From sequence record NC_041884.1: 64,000 nt of DNA; one strand, given 5' to 3'. Below the pieces are notes generated by a model that was given only the letters and a program-made list of their open reading frames with translations, did not search any database and was not told the origin of the DNA. The position numbers and the translations under genes were made by a program. Shown piece by piece: positions 19,833 through 32,268 of the stretch (position 1 is the stretch's first letter; each line of letters starts with the position of its first letter).

Positions 19833-20144
19833 TATTTAAACCTCGTGATTAGATTTAATTTTAGTTGTTGTAAACACACTGTTAATATGTATAGAGTACT
19901 AACACACCATACATAACTCTTGAGGCTATATAGAATTTGATAAGGAATAATAAAATAAAGACAGACTACCATAAGGTTACTTAATCAATAGTATATAATA
20001 AGGGTTTGCTGAGGTAGTCTTTAAAAGAAGGGTCATACTACAATTTTTTCAAAAGGTTTTAAAATATATAAACTTAGAGTATATATGAGTTTTTCTAAAA
20101 TAAATTGAAATTTTTTGCTGTGTGTAGTATTTAAAATTTGATAA

Positions 20145-21107
20145 CTAATCTTCTTTATTCAAATTAGACTTAATAAAATCTAAGAATTCAGAAGGAGTAG
20201 TAATAAGAAGTAAATGTTCGCAAAGAAGTTTTAATGAGTCTTTGCGAAAAGCTTCAACAGATTGATCAGATCTTCTATTATATACTAATCCAGTCTTCTT
20301 AGACTCTAAAGGTCGTACTTCATAAGATGTATATGTAAGTTTAATCTGATCTTCTGTTATATCAATATTGATATTTTCGTAAAGCATTTTATTCAGCTGA
20401 GAAATGAGACGTCACTTGAGAACGAATTAAGTCTGCTAATTCATTTTGAGCAGGAGCTTTACGTACTTTAAGATCTGTTCCTAAAGCTCCTAAACGGATT
20501 TCAACTGCACGAGGACTACGTTTAACTTTTAAAGCCACATTACGGAAGATTAATTTCCGTTCATCAGGAGTACTTAAATTAAAAGCTCCTGAAGGGGCTA
20601 AAGCAACAGCTGCATTGAAAGCTGCTACAACTTCTGCATCTTCAGCAGCAGTCCAACGACGACTAGAACGGTTATGAACTAAACGTGAGATAGCATTTGA
20701 TGATGCTGATACATTCCGTAGATCAGTCCAAAGTTGACGAGCAACTGCTGAAGAAGGACGTTCATTTTCTAAGATTTGTAAATACATAATTAATAGATTT
20801 CCAATTTTGATGGGGAATAATTTTCTTCAACATAAGATAAACTAGAGGTTTTAATTCTTAACCTACATTTAGTTTCTTTATCAAAGATCCAGACAAAGCG
20901 AGTCCAACTATGAGTCTTTAATACTCGTAGAGTTAAAGAGGATTCATAAACAAATAATATATATCTTTCAGGGTAATCAATAATTGTTTCTTTTAAAGAA
21001 TAGTCTCTAGAAAAATAATCAATGATTTGTGGTTCAATAGTTGAACTTGAATATAATATATTAGAAGAGGTTAAGCTTCGTTTAAAGTTTGCTAATTGTT
21101 TCTGCAT
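20145..21107 (-). CDS. three hypothetical proteins; 20389-20787 has a SANT/Myb-like HTH pattern
   Basis: RRWTAAEDAEV...KRSPRAVEIRL in the middle ORF. Confidence 0.5.
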
Positions 21108-21588
21108 TTATTTCAGGTTCAATTTGTGCACATAAAAGAGTTTTATAGGACAGATTCAATTCTTCTGTTAAATACTTAAATAAAGTAGAACCGATAGGTC
21201 TAAGTTTTAATAAGTCATTTAAATCATAACCTAATAAAACTAATACATTAGTTATTACATCAAAGCAATGTAATCTTTCATTTGTATTGATTCCCCACAA
21301 CCATGAAATATAAGCTAATAAATCATAAGGTTTATTTAATGATTTCTGTATAAAATTTTCAATCAACTGAACATCATAATCAATTAAATCTAGTTTGAAT
21401 AAATAACATTTCCTATTAGGATTTTCTTCTAGTACAGAGGAAATATTAAATCCATTTCGATATAAGTTAGTATCATAATTCAAACCATTAAAATGAATAG
21501 ATGCATGTGTTATATTTGATTGTGTTAAGAAAGCAACTGATTGGCTTGCTAAGCTACTTTCTTCTAATTGATAGAGAATTATATACAT
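21082..21588 (-). CDS. permuted papain-like (YiiX/YebB-type NlpC/P60) enzyme
   Basis: THASI (His) precedes PYDL...HCF (Cys). Confidence 0.6.
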   Translation of the reverse strand: MYIILYQLEESSLASQSVAFLTQSNITHASIHFNGLNYDTNLYRNGFNISSVLEENPNRKCYLFKLDLIDYDVQLIENFIQKSLNKPYDLLAYISWLWGINTNERLHCFDVITNVLVLLGYDLNDLLKLRPIGSTLFKYLTEELNLSYKTLLCAQIEPEINAETISKL

Positions 21589-21650
21589 TAATAAGATTAA
21601 CCACTGATAGTTAATTTATGAGGTTTTATTTAAACCATCAGAATTGTTTT

Positions 21651-21851
21651 TTAAAATTCACTGAATGGTTCAGGATCTTCTTCATCTGTTGAAACTTGTT
21701 TAAAGTACTTACCATTGTACCAGCCTTCAACGTCTTTTAACTTATAAAAAGTTTCAAATACTTTTATATCTTTTGCAATAACTTCATATTCAACATTCTC
21801 TTTTATTTGAGAACATTCAAGTGAAACTCCAGCTTTAAGGATTACAATCAT
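21651..21851 (-). CDS. small hypothetical protein
   Basis: ORF coupled to the channel gene. Confidence 0.5.
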   Translation of the reverse strand: MIVILKAGVSLECSQIKENVEYEVIAKDIKVFETFYKLKDVEGWYNGKYFKQVSTDEEDPEPFSEF

Positions 21852-22222
21852 TTTAAATCATCCTGATTCTTTAATAGGTGGCATTTAATTTGAGATAGGC
21901 TTTCTTTAATATCTTCTTGTTCCTCATGAGTAAATTCATTTCTATTCTTAATTAAAGCAGCTAGGATATGACTAATGACAGAAGGTATGATAAAGAAAAT
22001 CCAAAAATGACCACAGACAATAGCTAAAATCTTTCCTGCGATAGTGTGAGGAGAGTAGTCACCATAACCAATAGTAAGAGATGTAACACAAGCCCAATAT
22101 AAAGAGTCTAGATATGAAACACCTTCCAATAAAGAAAACAGTAAAGATGCTATAACTAAACTTAATAGATAAGCAAGAAATACATATCTAATATTATTTG
22201 CAATTAATAGAAAATAAGCCAT
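21848..22222 (-). CDS. KcsA-like two-TM potassium channel
   Basis: SLYWACVTSLTIGYGDYSP selectivity filter with flanking TM helices. Confidence 0.92.
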   Translation of the reverse strand: MAYFLLIANNIRYVFLAYLLSLVIASLLFSLLEGVSYLDSLYWACVTSLTIGYGDYSPHTIAGKILAIVCGHFWIFFIIPSVISHILAALIKNRNEFTHEEQEDIKESLSQIKCHLLKNQDDLK

Positions 22223-22238
22223 GAAATTCTCAAATATA

Positions 22239-22360
22239 AATAATTAAGAAGATATATGTAGTCCCTAAGGCACGACATCCACTTGTTTAAATTAGAGAGA
22301 TCGTCACCTCTCCCAAGCCGCTCTACTACATTGGCGTATACATATATCTTATTAATTATT
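22239..22360 (-). repeat. 22-bp inverted repeat (1 mismatch) enclosing a 78-nt structured loop
   Basis: arms 22239-22260 and 22339-22360. Confidence 0.8.
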
Positions 22361-22362
22361 CA

Positions 22363-22794
22363 CTAAACAATAATATAAACACAGTCTTCATTTACATAAG
22401 GATGTAATAATCTAATTGTACGTTTAACTAATTTAGCATAGTTATCTTTTAACAACCCACCAGCACCAATATCAATAAAGACTCTAGTGATATTTGAAAC
22501 TCCAGGTTTTCCTCTAATAGAAGAGGAATCAGTACAATTAATAGAAAAGAAATATCCACCTGTACTTTTAGTAAACTCTCTAGCAGCTGGAATCTTATTA
22601 GCTACATATAAGTCTGTTGACGGATTAAAAATTTCTTTAACTTCAGTTGTAGTTCCAAAGCCACGAGGAACAGAATGAATTAACACTCGATGCTCTAATG
22701 CTTGATAAACATCTTTTGTATCAATATTATGTTGTAAATTATATTGATGTATTCTTGGAATTTGAATTCCTAGGAATTCTTTTAAGTGGTTCAT
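22363..22794 (-). CDS. hypothetical protein with a degenerate P-loop-like PRGFGTTT
   Basis: ORF track. Confidence 0.5.
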   Translation of the reverse strand: MNHLKEFLGIQIPRIHQYNLQHNIDTKDVYQALEHRVLIHSVPRGFGTTTEVKEIFNPSTDLYVANKIPAAREFTKSTGGYFFSINCTDSSSIRGKPGVSNITRVFIDIGAGGLLKDNYAKLVKRTIRLLHPYVNEDCVYIIV

Positions 22795-22825
22795 TAGTAT
22801 CTCCTAATGTACAGCTCTTCAGCAA

Positions 22826-23041
22826 TATTTTAAAATTGGATCCTAGATCATTCACCTTACAATATAGACAAATCTAGGAAAATCTATATCAGGGTGCTAA
22901 TGAGAGGGCTTGCAAGCAGTGGTCACATCTCTAGCTGCTTATACTCCGCAGAATATAAGTACCGCGACTCAACTGGTGATCAATGCGAGAAATTTATTAC
23001 ATTGTCATTATTCCAGGAGTAATCTTTTAAATTTTAAAATA
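22826..23041 (-). ncRNA. putative structured ncRNA closed by a 12-bp stem
   Basis: GC-richer ORF-free interval with TATTTTAAAATT/AATTTTAAAATA arms and internal hairpins. Confidence 0.45.
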
Positions 23042-23337
23042 ATTCAATAATATTCTCAGATAAGAGTTTACTAAGATCTTCATCTAATGGTTTGATTGTT
23101 TTAGCTCTTTCTTTAAGTGATTTTAAAATTTCTGGATAAAGAGCAAATGAATCATTATAAATAGAGAAGAAATCAAAAGTTGGTTTAGATATTGTTTGAG
23201 TAGAATCTGGATAACATTTAATATAAGGAACTCTATACATAATTACCAATTCCAGCACCAAGGCTTATGCATTGTTGTAGGTCCATGACAAACAGGACAA
23301 TATTTTATTTCTTCTGTTGTAAAGCCTAAAATCTTTT

Positions 23338-23709
23338 TCATGTTTGTAGAGTTTCCTCTAAAACCACTCTAATATATTTTTGTCTATAATGAGATTCTAT
23401 ACGAAATTCTAAAGGAACTGATACTTTAAATCCTTGAGGTATCACAACTGAGTCTTTAACAAAATTTAAGAAATCTACATCACTAGGAAATATTTGTCTA
23501 TATTTTAACTTAAGAGGAACAGATACAATCCAATAATTATGATTAGGATGTAATTTAATTTCATCAATTAGTTTCTGATTAATATAATCCTCTAATTCAT
23601 TCTTAAGCTTATTAAAATATTGTTTTTTATAGTCATCATAGGTTACATAACTAGTGTTTTCTATGACTTTAGATCTTAGTTCTTTAAGAGTTTCTAATGC
23701 AGTTTTCAT
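23338..23709 (-). CDS. hypothetical protein (true start MKTALE at 23709), paralogue of 38621-38956
   Basis: the track's upstream extension is a tRNA-Ser gene; both ORFs begin MKTALE.LKE.R. Confidence 0.65.
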   Translation of the reverse strand: MKTALETLKELRSKVIENTSYVTYDDYKKQYFNKLKNELEDYINQKLIDEIKLHPNHNYWIVSVPLKLKYRQIFPSDVDFLNFVKDSVVIPQGFKVSVPLEFRIESHYRQKYIRVVLEETLQT

Positions 23710-23726
23710 AGTATACTCGGAGAATA

Positions 23727-23819
23727 TGGCGGAAAAGGAGGAAGTCGAATCCTCAAGGCACTTATTCAGTACTCGACGCATTTCAAGTGCGCTGCCATCG
23801 CCAGTTGGCTTGCTTTTCC
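23727..23819 (-). tRNA. tRNA-Ser(UGA)
   Basis: GGAAAAG/CTTTTCC acceptor, G73-CCA, GCGCA-CTTGAAA-TGCGT, long variable arm, TTCGACT T-loop. Confidence 0.92.
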
Positions 23820-23824
23820 ATGTA

Positions 23825-23962
23825 TTATTTTTTCTTTTCGTTATCATTATTACAAGCTGCGTTGCTTAAAGAACTGCACTTACTTTTAGGACCATCGAAA
23901 AACAAAGCATTTGTAATAGTAGGAGTAATAGAAAGAATAATTATAAATATAACATTTTTCAT
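23825..23962 (-). CDS. 45-aa secreted peptide with two Cys
   Basis: MKNVIFIIILSITPTITNA signal-like N-terminus and an SD sequence. Confidence 0.45.
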   Translation of the reverse strand: MKNVIFIIILSITPTITNALFFDGPKSKCSSLSNAACNNDNEKKK

Positions 23963-26349
23963 GATATACCTTAATATGGTGTAATCAATAGTTACCTTAC
24001 ATACATAATTTATTGCTTCTTAGGATCAAATTCAATACCATGTTCGATCCAAGCAGTATTCATAGTTTCGATTTGAACATCAGCATAATACTTATCTAAG
24101 TCATCTGTTTTCAATGTAACACATTGGACACCAGGTTTATATGTATCTGTATAATACATCTTATTGGTAACTGCAAAAATTCTAATCCAAGCATACCTTA
24201 TAGTTCTTCCATCTTTTGTTGGAGGAGCAGGTGGGTCAACTTGAATATCAGCTTTACTTTTCTTTATTTTAAAAAGAACAACTATAAGTAAAATATTAAG
24301 AGCAACAAGAAAACCAATAATATGATAAGGAGTCATAGTAAAACCTTTAAGGAGTGTTCTTAGATTTTAATTCTTTAGATAATATTTTTGCTTTCTCTAA
24401 AGCTTCATGCAAACGTTTTCTAATATCTTCTCTAGTAAGATTTTCATTTACATTAAACAAGGTAGTACCAGAATTAGGAAAAGCTTGATTCCACTTATTT
24501 CCTAATTCAACTAAATCAATAATTTCAGGATTAAGGGTTTCTTCATTAAGATTATTTGAACTCAATTTTAAAATTTCCTAATAACTTAGAAATTATTTTA
24601 CTTATTTCTGGAGTAATCCTTGTAGTTAAAACTCCAGATGCCAATGATCTAATAGTAACCATATTATCATTTTTAGCATTAATGGTAATATTTAGAAGTC
24701 TTGTATTACTAATTGATATGACTTTATAAGGAATAGCTTCTTGCATATCATATGGAAGTTCAGGGACTTCACATAGATATGAAGTTTTAATTGAGACATC
24801 ATAGTTATTAATATCAATTTTATTTAAATAATCAATTACATCTTGATTCATTTCTGTTTATCCTACAATAAAGTCTAATTTATAATGCACTTAAAGTGAT
24901 ATTAAACTCTGGTAAAGGTACAATTATTCTATAATGAATATAAACTATATATACATAATTTTTAATATCTGTATAAATCGCTGTAATTTCAATTCCTTTT
25001 GACTCTTCAAGCCAATCATTTAGCTCTGTTTCTAATAATGCTTTACAAGATGCTTCAAATATTTTAATTCGATCATTCATTATCTAAGCCTTTATGTATA
25101 GCAGGGTTAGTTTTTCTTGAGTTATTATATCTCTATCTTATAATGAAGAGTTATATACAATCTGCCTGATTCGCAACTTTGCGACATATTTATAATATAA
25201 AATGTAGGATTAGCGATTAACCAACTATTTACATATTTTTCTAAATCCATTGCGTTTAAAGCAGAAAACATTTTTATTTGATTAATCATTACTAGAATTT
25301 TTAATTATCTCAGGATTTAGTTTAGTTCTAATAAACTCAACAAGACGTGCATCTTGAGAATCAGAACATACATTACAAATATTATCTACTACAGCATAAC
25401 ATCCAGTTTTATTTTCTCTCTCATTATACTCTTCAACTGTTAATTCTTTAACACCAGTTGTTCTTCTTTTACTTATATCAACATATTTTAATATTGTATA
25501 TAAGTATTCACCTGTGCAATTTTCTACTTGACATTTCATTTAGGACTTACACCAATAATAGTTTTAGTTGTAGGATTAACATATTTGTATTTAATACTAA
25601 ACAAGAAAGAATCACCTACAGATCTGCAACCACGATAACAAGCCCAAAAATCATTTGAATAGATTTTAAATGTACCTAATGAAGTTCCATAAGAGTCTAC
25701 TAAATCTACATTGTGAGTAGTACGATCTAATTTAGCAATAGTTAGATATTGATTTTTATAACAAATGGGATTAGTTTGAGAGCATTCAGGAGAATTTTCT
25801 TTATAAACACAAGCTGAACTAATTAATAAAAAGAAAGAGCATAAGAGAAGTTTAAAAAGATTCATATCTTATCTAACTCTATTAAAGAAAGTAATAGAGC
25901 CTTCATGAGGTATTGCAACTATTTCTAAAATTGAATGAATAGGATAATCAAAAGTACCAGGAACAAATTCATTCAATTCTTCTTTTAAACTATCAATATC
26001 TAATACATCAGAAATATTTAAAAGTTCTAAAGTATACTGTAATACTTCATTTTTATATGAGTAATATTCATCATCTTGCCAATTATATCTAAGGTTAGAA
26101 TTTTTATATTTAGTTCCTAATTCTTGTAAGGCTTTTCCAAATGCTTCGAAGAGTTCTCTATAAGTTGTCTGAAGTTTATTATAGGGCTCTCCCCAACCTT
26201 CGAAAACTTTTTTATTAAAATCAATAATATTGGTTTCAGTTACATAGTCAGCATCATTTTGATCAGCTTTAATTGAAACTACATATTTAGTCATTGAAGA
26301 ATACCTATTAATTATTATAATTATAAAATCTGGGACATGGAGCAACCAT

Positions 26350-26592
26350 TTTTATATAACTTATGCATCTGCATTTGATATCTAAATCAAAGTTATATAC
26401 AGCATGTCAGAACTGGCTGTTATTTTAAGAGGCACAACTATCTCTAATAATCTCACGTTATTATCACCGACCTTCTTTATGGTAAGATTATCCACTTAGC
26501 ACAGGCTTGCTAAGAAGCAGTAATACTTCAGGTCTATTACTCAACCCTGATACGTCTAGTGTATCACTCTATTCTCTTTTGCGACAGAGAAA
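26350..26592 (-). ncRNA. putative multi-hairpin ncRNA
   Basis: ORF-free gap with consecutive hairpins (TATATAACTT/AAGTTATATA, CTTAGCA/TGCTAAG, TGATAC/GTATCA, TTCTCT/AGAGAA). Confidence 0.4.
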
Positions 26593-27683
26593 TTTAGTTT
26601 GAAGTTTTCACTTCTAATTCTTTTTGATATGTTTCAACAGTCTTTTTAAAATTATCTTTACGAAGAACATCTTCTTTATTATTATAATCTGTATCTATAA
26701 ATGAACATAATTTTGTTGTTTTAATAACTGTATGATATCGTCTAGGTTCTTCTTCTCTTTTAATCTCTTTACAGATAACATCATCTGCATGTAAATTATA
26801 ATCATACTCTTTAGGATCAGAGGTACATGCAATTAAAAGAGAAGATAAACTTAAAATATAAATATACTTCATAATATTTACTCTAAAAAGAGATGGGATA
26901 GTTGTCAAATTTAAAAAATTGCCTATCCCATCTATTAATTGAAAATTAGTTAGTATTTACTACAGGTGTTTCAACAATATACCTGCCAACTCTTTCTTCT
27001 ATTTGAGTAATACTCTTATTGGGGCAAGTCCAAAAATTATCATTGTAGTAATTATACTTAACACAACCTATGCTATTTGTTGTTATTTTAATAGGCCCAT
27101 TTTTATATTTATTATAAAGTTTTTGTTTTTCTTCTTGTATTCTTTTTGGTTCATAATATTTCTTATCAATTTTAATTTCAATAGGAACTAATATGAGGAA
27201 ACTTAAACTTATAATGAAAGTCTTTTTAGCATTTTTTGAATCATTATCTATAATAAACAACAGTGAGAAGAACAATAATAAAAGAAATGTAAACAATGTT
27301 AAACAAACAATAAGTATCACAGTAGCAAACCTTCTTTATCAGGAAACAATTTTAGTATTAACCAACGAAAGAAATTTTGCATAATACTTCTCTATTGACG
27401 TTTAGTAGCTATGTAATCAACACCATCAATAGTAACAACAGTTTGGAGACGAGTTGTCTTACCTTCTGTTACAGATTGATTTGTAGATACTGTTGAATTA
27501 GGACATCGAATAATATTTAATTCGTGATCCATAGTGTCAGCTTGAAATTTATAAAGTTTACAATCTTCTAGCCCTTTAGTCATTGCAAGAGCTTTGCCCG
27601 CTACATATTCTTGACCTGGAGTTGTTGTATTGGGTTTATTACAAGCAGTTAATAATAAAGCTGTTACAGTAATAATAAATAGT

Positions 27684-28214
27684 TTATTCATAAGATAAAA
27701 ATTCTTTTAAGGTTTTAGCGACATTTAAAGAAAGATGAGTACCAACTAGCTGTAAAGGACATACTTTATCTTCAATTATAATTTGACGGATATCAGTTGC
27801 ATTTAAAGTATAATGACTGTGATCAATTATTACTTGAGTTGAATTATAAAGATTTTGTAGTAAGTTATTACTTTGAGTAGTAGCCGAATCTTTATTAAAG
27901 CAAACATTACAAAGTGTTGAAGACCCTACAATAGATTTTAATTCATTTTCAATAAATACTTTCCAATCTAAGTCCTTTACAAAATCAGGCAAAGCAACAA
28001 AAGTGAATCGATGTATATCATCTTTAAATGCTTGATAAAACAAATACTTCCTTTGATCTACAGAAAAAGGATTCTTTTGTGTTTTTGATTCTTGAGAAGA
28101 TCCAAGAAATACAATTACATTTTCTGCTTGATTTAAAGCTTCTTTTATTAGTTGTTCATGAGCTAAATGTAATGGTTGGAATCTTCCTACAACAAAAGCA
28201 TACTTAAACATCAT
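27684..28214 (-). CDS. NMN adenylyltransferase (NadM-like cytidylyltransferase family)
   Basis: VVGRFQPLHLAH HxGH-type motif, GSSQ...KNPFS, NATDIR. Confidence 0.85.
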   Translation of the reverse strand: MMFKYAFVVGRFQPLHLAHEQLIKEALNQAENVIVFLGSSQESKTQKNPFSVDQRKYLFYQAFKDDIHRFTFVALPDFVKDLDWKVFIENELKSIVGSSTLCNVCFNKDSATTQSNNLLQNLYNSTQVIIDHSHYTLNATDIRQIIIEDKVCPLQLVGTHLSLNVAKTLKEFLSYE

Positions 28215-29783
28215 TAAATCTCTTTTTCAAAGATAGGTATAATTCGTAATCTTCTTTTTTCTTTTGTTCAAGCCTTTCACGAATTTTATCTTCTTCTTCA
28301 TAAATGAATTGAACTAGATCTACACTTCCACGCACAGAATCAAATGTAGTTTCAGATAAAGGAATATTATTTGAATTACAAAAATTAAATACATCTATGA
28401 CAGACATATTTGTTATAGAATGACGTTTTGTATCTATAACACGAGATGTAGTTACAACATTACTTCCATCTTTTAACTTAATAGTTACATGTTTGTAAAT
28501 ACCATAAAGCATAGATTAAGAACCATTAAGAAATTGTCTAGTTAACTCTCGCTCTTGCAAGACAGTTATATAATTTTTAGCAATCATTACACCTTGAACA
28601 TATCCTAACCAACGATGTTTCTTCGTTATAGATTGTTCTTGATTTAATAGTAATTCCTTTAACATCCATAAGAGATGAACATCATTTGTTTCATCACCCT
28701 CTAAAGGACGAATAACTAACGAAGGTGACTCAGTTTTATAAACTTCTAAATTAAGAATAGTTATATAACGATTAATAATGTTTTCACATTGAAGTTTAAA
28801 TTCTTCTATTACACTTATTGACATTATTTAATTACCTTTCTTAGCACTGTTTTACATTCATCACTTTTAGTAAGAATAGAATATGAACAAACTTTCTCTT
28901 CTATATAAGAGATAGATGCATCATCACATTTCCAATAAAAATCATCATAGTATTGATATCGGTAACAATTCTGTCTGTGTTCTATAACTATTGGACCATC
29001 TTTGTATTTAATATCTTGTTTCTTTCTATATTCTTCTTTAGAAGGTATCATATAAATAAAGAAACTAATTAATAAAATATTAAGTAGAACAAATCCACAA
29101 ATAATTTGAGTAAGAGAGTATTTAGAAGTCATCAGGAGTTACAATACTTATTTAGTTTTTTCGACAAGTTCATAATCAGAAGAGGAATCTTCAATTAAAT
29201 TCAAGTCATTTAAATGTTCATACAATGCAGCTTGAAATGCTGAAATAAATATGGAGTTTTTACTTTGAGAATGCTTACTCGCATCTTCAAACTCTTCCCA
29301 AAATTTATCAATAGTTGCTTGAGATGGTTTAATCTGATGCCAATTAGTTAACTTTATTAAAGACTCTTGTACATCTCTTAAATAAGGTAAAGCGAATTGC
29401 TTAATTAGATAATTATCACCTAATTGTTTTTGAGATAATTCTAAGTTTGCAATAATAGTTTTTATTCTAGACTTTATAGATGGTTTTTTAGAATCATCTA
29501 ATATAAATAAACCCATATTAATAGTCACTTAAATTAATAATTACACCAGTATTGTATTGATTACAAAATTCCTTAACTACATTTGATACTTCATCAGACC
29601 ATCCATAATCTTTTCCAATACTTGGGTATAATTCTAGTAAAGAATTTTCATAATAAGGAATAACTTTATCTTTTTCTAATAACGTAATAAAACCATTCCA
29701 AGAATGATTGCATTCTTTCTCTGCAAATGATATGAAATCACCTAAAGAAACTATCATTTAATAATCCTTATTGAAATTATAGT

Positions 29784-30074
29784 TTACTCAAAACAAGATT
29801 TAATTTTATTTTGTATACTATTAGCAATTACAGATCGAGCACTTAAATAAGCTTTTAAAATACGATTACCTTGTTCTTCTGAAAACACTACATGTGCTGT
29901 AACACCATCCCATAATTCTCTAATAGGTGTAATGTCTGTAGCACACCAATACTTAACATCAGGATGTTCTTTTAAATGAAATGTTACCGTATCGAAATGC
30001 CAATCATGAGGCTTAGTATATAAACTAGTACAAATTTTCTCTACAGTATTTTCCATTGTGTCAAATTGACTCAT
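29784..30074 (-). CDS. hypothetical protein
   Basis: ORF track. Confidence 0.5.
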   Translation of the reverse strand: MSQFDTMENTVEKICTSLYTKPHDWHFDTVTFHLKEHPDVKYWCATDITPIRELWDGVTAHVVFSEEQGNRILKAYLSARSVIANSIQNKIKSCFE

Positions 30075-30085
30075 TTTAACTCTCT

Positions 30086-30796
30086 TTATCCGATATGGAG
30101 TATTCCTATACCACCATTAGCAATCCAAGGATCAACAGATTTCTCTCTATCATCAATTAAAATGTGATTTTGATAATCTGGATATAACTTAGTGACTTCA
30201 AATTTATTTTCAGTTTTATTTACAAAATGGGCATCAATCTTTCCAACATGCTCTTCTAACCAATCACGTTTAGCTTGTTCAATGTCTTTTGTATGACTAG
30301 TAGTACCAACAGCAGATAAAATTACAACATGATCGTACTTAGCTCTACAATACTTTAAAAGTTCAATACCTTTTGAAAGTGGCCACATATGCCTAAAGAA
30401 ATCATAAGTAAACAAATCTTCTTTAATTTGATCTTTTTCTTCTTTTGGTAATTTAGAGAAGTCATGAAGAGAAGGATAACTACCTTTAATATAAGACTGT
30501 TTTATATAACGAGTATTGAAGTCTGCAAGAACTCCATCCATATCAAAGTATATAATTGTCTTAGGTTTTAATGGATCAATATGAATAGGAACAATAGTAA
30601 ATCGAATATTGATATCTAAATCAAGGGAAGTATTAACTTCACAAATATAGAAACCTGAACTTACTATTAAATCTGTAATTAACTTTCGACTTGGTAGAAC
30701 GCCTTTTCTAAAACGACCACACCATGTATCATGATACCAAACACAAACTTGTTCAGTAGATTTAATAGGAGTTCTAATTAGTTCACTATATTTCAT
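30086..30796 (-). CDS. HAD-family 5'(3')-deoxyribonucleotidase with N-terminal extension
   Basis: YFDMDGVLADF, ILS, LIDDREK...W...GGIGI. Confidence 0.85.
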   Translation of the reverse strand: MKYSELIRTPIKSTEQVCVWYHDTWCGRFRKGVLPSRKLITDLIVSSGFYICEVNTSLDLDINIRFTIVPIHIDPLKPKTIIYFDMDGVLADFNTRYIKQSYIKGSYPSLHDFSKLPKEEKDQIKEDLFTYDFFRHMWPLSKGIELLKYCRAKYDHVVILSAVGTTSHTKDIEQAKRDWLEEHVGKIDAHFVNKTENKFEVTKLYPDYQNHILIDDREKSVDPWIANGGIGILHIG

Positions 30797-30802
30797 TTAA
30801 TA

Positions 30803-31873
30803 TTATCCATATTTCTTTTTAAGTCTTTCGTATTCTTGTTTTTCACGATCAGCTACTGATAGTCTATAAGCTTGTTCTTCTTTAATACGTTTTTCGTATT
30901 CTTCATCGGTTTCAAGTTCTAAGTATTCAGCTACAGCTATTTTATATTCTTCGAAATATTCAGATACTGCTTTTGTTGTAATATTAACATCATTAACAGA
31001 TAAGCCTAAACTCTCCACATGATTTATAATGCGAGCTAGAGACCAATCTTCAACATCAATAGTACGAGTTACACGTTGTTTAGTCATTAATTTATCCAAC
31101 ATTGATTCTTTTCAAAATATTCTAATACATCATAAAAATCATCTGTATCTTCAAATAGATTTTGAGATGAAGCTTCAATAAGTTCACATAGGAATTCATT
31201 ACACTCAGTAAGCGAAGAGAATCTCCAAACTTTTGAACCATCATCACAACCCTTAGTTTCTATAATATAAGGGTACTTAATGATATTATTTATGTCTGCA
31301 TAATCTTCTTCGACAAAGAACATATTATCTGGAGATCTATGAATAAAGATAAAAGGAGTACAAGCAATATAGCTATCCGAAGGCTCTTTAATATCTAATA
31401 GGTAATAGTTTCTTACAGATGAATACAACCAAAATAAAAGTTTACCATTATTTCTAATAAATGAATCTTTAATACAATCTTGAAAATAATCACTAACTTT
31501 ATCTATAGCACATTCATCAATAGCTATTTTTAATTGCACATTAATTACCAATATATTCTAGGTGAGTAGTAGATTCAATATATCTTTCTAAAAGAAGATT
31601 ATGAAATTCTTCATTAGAAGGAGTTACAAATCTTCCAAAAGAATTATTAATCCACGATTTAATTACTCTATCATTCTTCACTTTAAATGCGTAACAAGGA
31701 ATATGATAATGAAACCCATGATAATCTTCTTCACTCATCGTAGCAAAGTTTTTACCTTGCTCTACAATTAAATAAAATAATTTCTTCTTTCCTAATGGAA
31801 TACCTAAAAACTTTCTTTCTTTACTAAGCTTGTATAAGCCATTAGGCAATGTTAGTAATTTACTTACATTCAT
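30803..31873 (-). CDS. three hypothetical proteins
   Basis: coupled ORFs 30803-31102, 31087-31551 and 31541-31873. Confidence 0.55.
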
Positions 31874-31886
31874 CTTTTGAGTCTCG

Positions 31887-31986
31887 TAAATTATTTAAGA
31901 TTGTAATCATACAATATTCTAATACAGATATTTTCAAGGCTAAGAGTTTTTTAAAACAGAATATGATTACAATCTTAAATAATTTA
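31887..31986 (-). repeat. perfect 25-bp inverted repeat with a 50-nt loop
   Basis: TAAATTATTTAAGATTGTAATCATA at 31887-31911 and its complement at 31962-31986. Confidence 0.9.
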
Positions 31987-32268
31987 TAGCTTTTAAGAGA
32001 GGTACTTAAATATACCTCTCATGGTAGCTCACACCTACATCACATTCTAGAATAATTATATAATTGCCTAGGTAATATAATTATCAGCCTTGATGATTTT
32101 TAAGGCTCAGTACCAACTTCTATAGTCTATCCGAAGAGGGATATATAAAATTATTAGTACCCGAATTCTTTATTTCCAGATTGGCATTACAAAATACCAC
32201 AATACATACAAGGATAATTTAAGATTCTAGAATTACAATCTTCACAATCCTCATAAAAATAAAAAGTT

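Larger units (their letters stand above)
24010..29757 (-). other. cluster of about 17 small hypothetical, membrane and lipoprotein genes
   Basis: lipobox-like N-termini at 25865, 26908 and 27691; 26946-27320 and 28824-29132 are paralogues (KYKxGPI...C..Y.YY.D..W.C). Confidence 0.6.

Noticed and set aside
19832-20145. Specific promoter calls in the AT-rich gap
   Set aside because: Many weak -35/-10-like hexamers and none convincing; no late-promoter consensus could be derived by eye
20389-20787. Frameshifting at two in-frame CGG-AA sites (also at about 55590)
   Set aside because: The 0 frame gives a full plausible protein and the +1 frames stop quickly; these are counter-examples that limit the CGG-A hypothesis
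23710-23847. N-terminal extension of the 169-aa ORF
   Set aside because: The sequence is a tRNA-Ser gene; the paralogue supports a start at 23709
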